DNA of 62,513 nucleotides, the filler included. It is 6 parts of 6 records of this genome, joined end to end, with 100 filler letters (N's around TTAATTAATTAA, not from the genome) between each part and the next. Parts side by side here need not be neighbours in the genome. Positions count along the whole stretch, not along the records: positions 53,164 to 62,513 come from SRR31156797_3550; 5 more parts are not named here. One strand, given 5' to 3'. A program made the translations under genes and the position numbers. Shown piece after piece: positions 60,688-62,513 of the stretch. Below the pieces are notes generated by a model. It did not search any database. It saw only the letters and a program-made list of their open reading frames with translations, and had not been told where the DNA came from. How positions within the stretch are numbered: the first letter of the stretch is position 1; each line of letters starts with the position of its first letter.

Positions 60688-62310
60688 TTATAATGTAGAT
60701 TTAAGCAGATTATTAAAGTCGGTAATTAAGAATGGGATATCTTCCAATGAATATTCTTTAGGAAATTCGCATTTGTTTATCCAAACAGTAGGCACTTTTT
60801 GAATCTCCATTTTTTTATTTTCTTTAACATGATTCAAAAAATAATTTAAGGTTTCATCAGGAATAGTTTTTACTGGGTGTTTTTCATGAAACACTTGTAA
60901 AGATTGAGATCGGAACCAATCCTTTACTATCTCTAGTCGAATTTCCGTTTCAGAATTTTCTTTAAACAACTCAATTATTTGTAATGGAATTTCGTTTGCA
61001 TAATGATAATCCTGTGATTCAACTCCATCTAATCTTAAATGCCATTGAATTAATGTAGGATAATGATTTATTAAACGAACCAACTCAATAGCAAGTTTTT
61101 TGCAAGGGGTACACATTGGGCTTAACAAGCTTGTAATAGTTATCGGAGCTTTATTGTCTCCAATAATCAAACTTTGTGATTCACTTCCTAGCAAATTATT
61201 CTGACTTTGAAACAAAGTACTCATAACAGCAGGAGACCGTTTAAATCGCAATAATGATAACTGAGTAGTAAAAGCTTTAACTACATCTATCATACGATGT
61301 TTTTCATAGTAGAGAATAAGAAGACTACTAAAAAATGCAAATAAAAAAGATGGAATTACCAACGATATCTTTTTAGGAAAAGCCAAATCATAAAAAAGTA
61401 AGAAATATACAAGCTCCACTACAAGGGTCGCTACTACTCCTAAGCATAAAGGACACCATTTTTTAACAAAAAACTTTTGATAGACAATAGAAAAAGCAAT
61501 AAACGGACTACTGCAAACAGCTAGTACAAATAAAATAGATAGAGCAGAACTTATCGTATTAAAAATAAGCCCAGTAAACAAAAAGATAATACTCGCCGTA
61601 AAAAAAACAAACCCAACATCTGCCAGTGCTATTTGGTTAAATATTTTAGCTCCTTTTGATTGAACAACCCCTTTGCAATCGAACGATTCCACTCTATGAC
61701 AAATGGCATCAAATTTGGAATAGGCTCCATCTAACTCTTGCTTTAATAAGCCTGTAGTAAACCACAAACCAATACTTTTTAATATTAATAGTCCTAAAAA
61801 GAGTAATAAAGGCTTTAACTCCTCTATATTCACAACACTTAAAAGAACTAAACTCAGAAAAATAAAAGGTACTAATACATATTCTTTTATTTTATTCGAA
61901 GCTTTAACAATTACCTTATTACTTACTTGTTCTATCTGTTCAGCCTTCAATAATACTCCTGTCCACATAGCAAGAAAATCATCTCTCGAAATCACCATTT
62001 CTTTAGAAATAGAAGCATCATAATATCTTACCTTAAGATCTGAAATAGCATAAACCAAAACAAATTTATGGGAATCACCATTATTGATTTGGACAATAAC
62101 AGGCTGTGATATTTGCTTGAGAGCAATATAATCGGCCCGATATGCACTCGTCTTTAATCCAAAATAAGTATATGCCTGTATAATAGACAATAAAGAAGGA
62201 TAAGATGGCGAAGATTTCAGCACTAACTCCAATTGCCAAGGGCTACACTTTATACCCAGTAAGCGAAAATGGTATAAAAGTAGTGATATAAAATAATTAC
62301 CTGTTTCCAT
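60688..62310 (-). CDS. Inactive C39-like + VKOR + thioredoxin-fold fusion protein
   Basis: YPSLLSI...HKFVLV...WTG (no catalytic Cys motif); C-x7-C and WCPLC; SPMCTPC...VPTVWIN. Confidence 0.85.
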   Translation of the reverse strand: METGNYFISLLLYHFRLLGIKCSPWQLELVLKSSPSYPSLLSIIQAYTYFGLKTSAYRADYIALKQISQPVIVQINNGDSHKFVLVYAISDLKVRYYDASISKEMVISRDDFLAMWTGVLLKAEQIEQVSNKVIVKASNKIKEYVLVPFIFLSLVLLSVVNIEELKPLLLFLGLLILKSIGLWFTTGLLKQELDGAYSKFDAICHRVESFDCKGVVQSKGAKIFNQIALADVGFVFFTASIIFLFTGLIFNTISSALSILFVLAVCSSPFIAFSIVYQKFFVKKWCPLCLGVVATLVVELVYFLLFYDLAFPKKISLVIPSFLFAFFSSLLILYYEKHRMIDVVKAFTTQLSLLRFKRSPAVMSTLFQSQNNLLGSESQSLIIGDNKAPITITSLLSPMCTPCKKLAIELVRLINHYPTLIQWHLRLDGVESQDYHYANEIPLQIIELFKENSETEIRLEIVKDWFRSQSLQVFHEKHPVKTIPDETLNYFLNHVKENKKMEIQKVPTVWINKCEFPKEYSLEDIPFLITDFNNLLKSTL

Positions 62311-62320
62311 GTATGTTTAA

Positions 62321-62512
62321 CTAATAATCACGCTCAATTAAATCGTAGCGCATAATTTTTTGTGAAGAATTACTTCCTAAATCAATACCACTTTCCATTT
62401 CAAAATAACCACTCATATTCATTAGGTAAGATTTTTTTGCTTTTAAGAATTCAAGTCGTTTTGCTTTTCCAAACTTCTTACTTCCCACGTATGTCTTACT
62501 AAAGAAAATTGG
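62321..62512 (-). CDS. C-terminus of a probable GLPGLI family protein (5' part outside the window)
   Basis: Own translation PIFFSK...KRLEFLKAKKSY...RYDLIERDY*, resembling the Y.PIE end of GLPGLI proteins; context fits. Confidence 0.55.
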   Translation of the reverse strand, partial: PIFFSKTYVGSKKFGKAKRLEFLKAKKSYLMNMSGYFEMESGIDLGSNSSQKIMRYDLIERDY

Positions 62513-62513
62513 C

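Overview
The window is not one locus. It is six unrelated contigs joined by five 100-nt artificial linkers (N-run + TTAATTAATTAA + N-run), so gene context only holds within a contig. (1) 1-8615, Bacteroidota-like: short tandem repeats, yraN, a T9SS cargo protein, a giant AsmA-like protein, an SRAP protein and ahcY. (2) 8716-17241, GC-rich and probably alphaproteobacterial: cupin, enolase-superfamily enzyme, sugar isomerase/epimerase, TetR, oligogalacturonate-lyase-like propeller and a TctCBA transporter, together an orphan sugar-acid catabolic locus with a clear double operator. (3) 17342-29465, Bacteroidota: a DUF4157 (eCIS-core) protein with an AT-rich unknown C-terminus, followed by unrelated lipoproteins and an orphan fragment (polymorphic toxin/immunity-like island). 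Then era, der and marC with unusual repeat modules and a duplicated marC 3' end, and finally a peroxiredoxin and dps. (4) 29566-45058, Bacteroidota: a cassette-like array of small genes including a probable MliC+PliI double lysozyme inhibitor, and a >2650-aa secreted protein with three nuclease domains. (5) 45159-53063, GC-rich: ThuA-like gene and a LacI-ABC-nucleoside hydrolase-adenine deaminase purine operon. (6) 53164-62513, Bacteroidota: etfB start, cstA and a GLPGLI / C39-VKOR-thioredoxin / TonB-receptor-like / C39 ABC exporter / mini-HlyD peptide export locus. No rRNA, tRNA or CRISPR array was seen. The best candidates for something undescribed are the DUF4157 toxin-immunity island, the gene-less tandem-repeat modules around era/der/marC, and the disulfide-peptide export locus. 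All family calls come from motif recognition by eye, without database searches.
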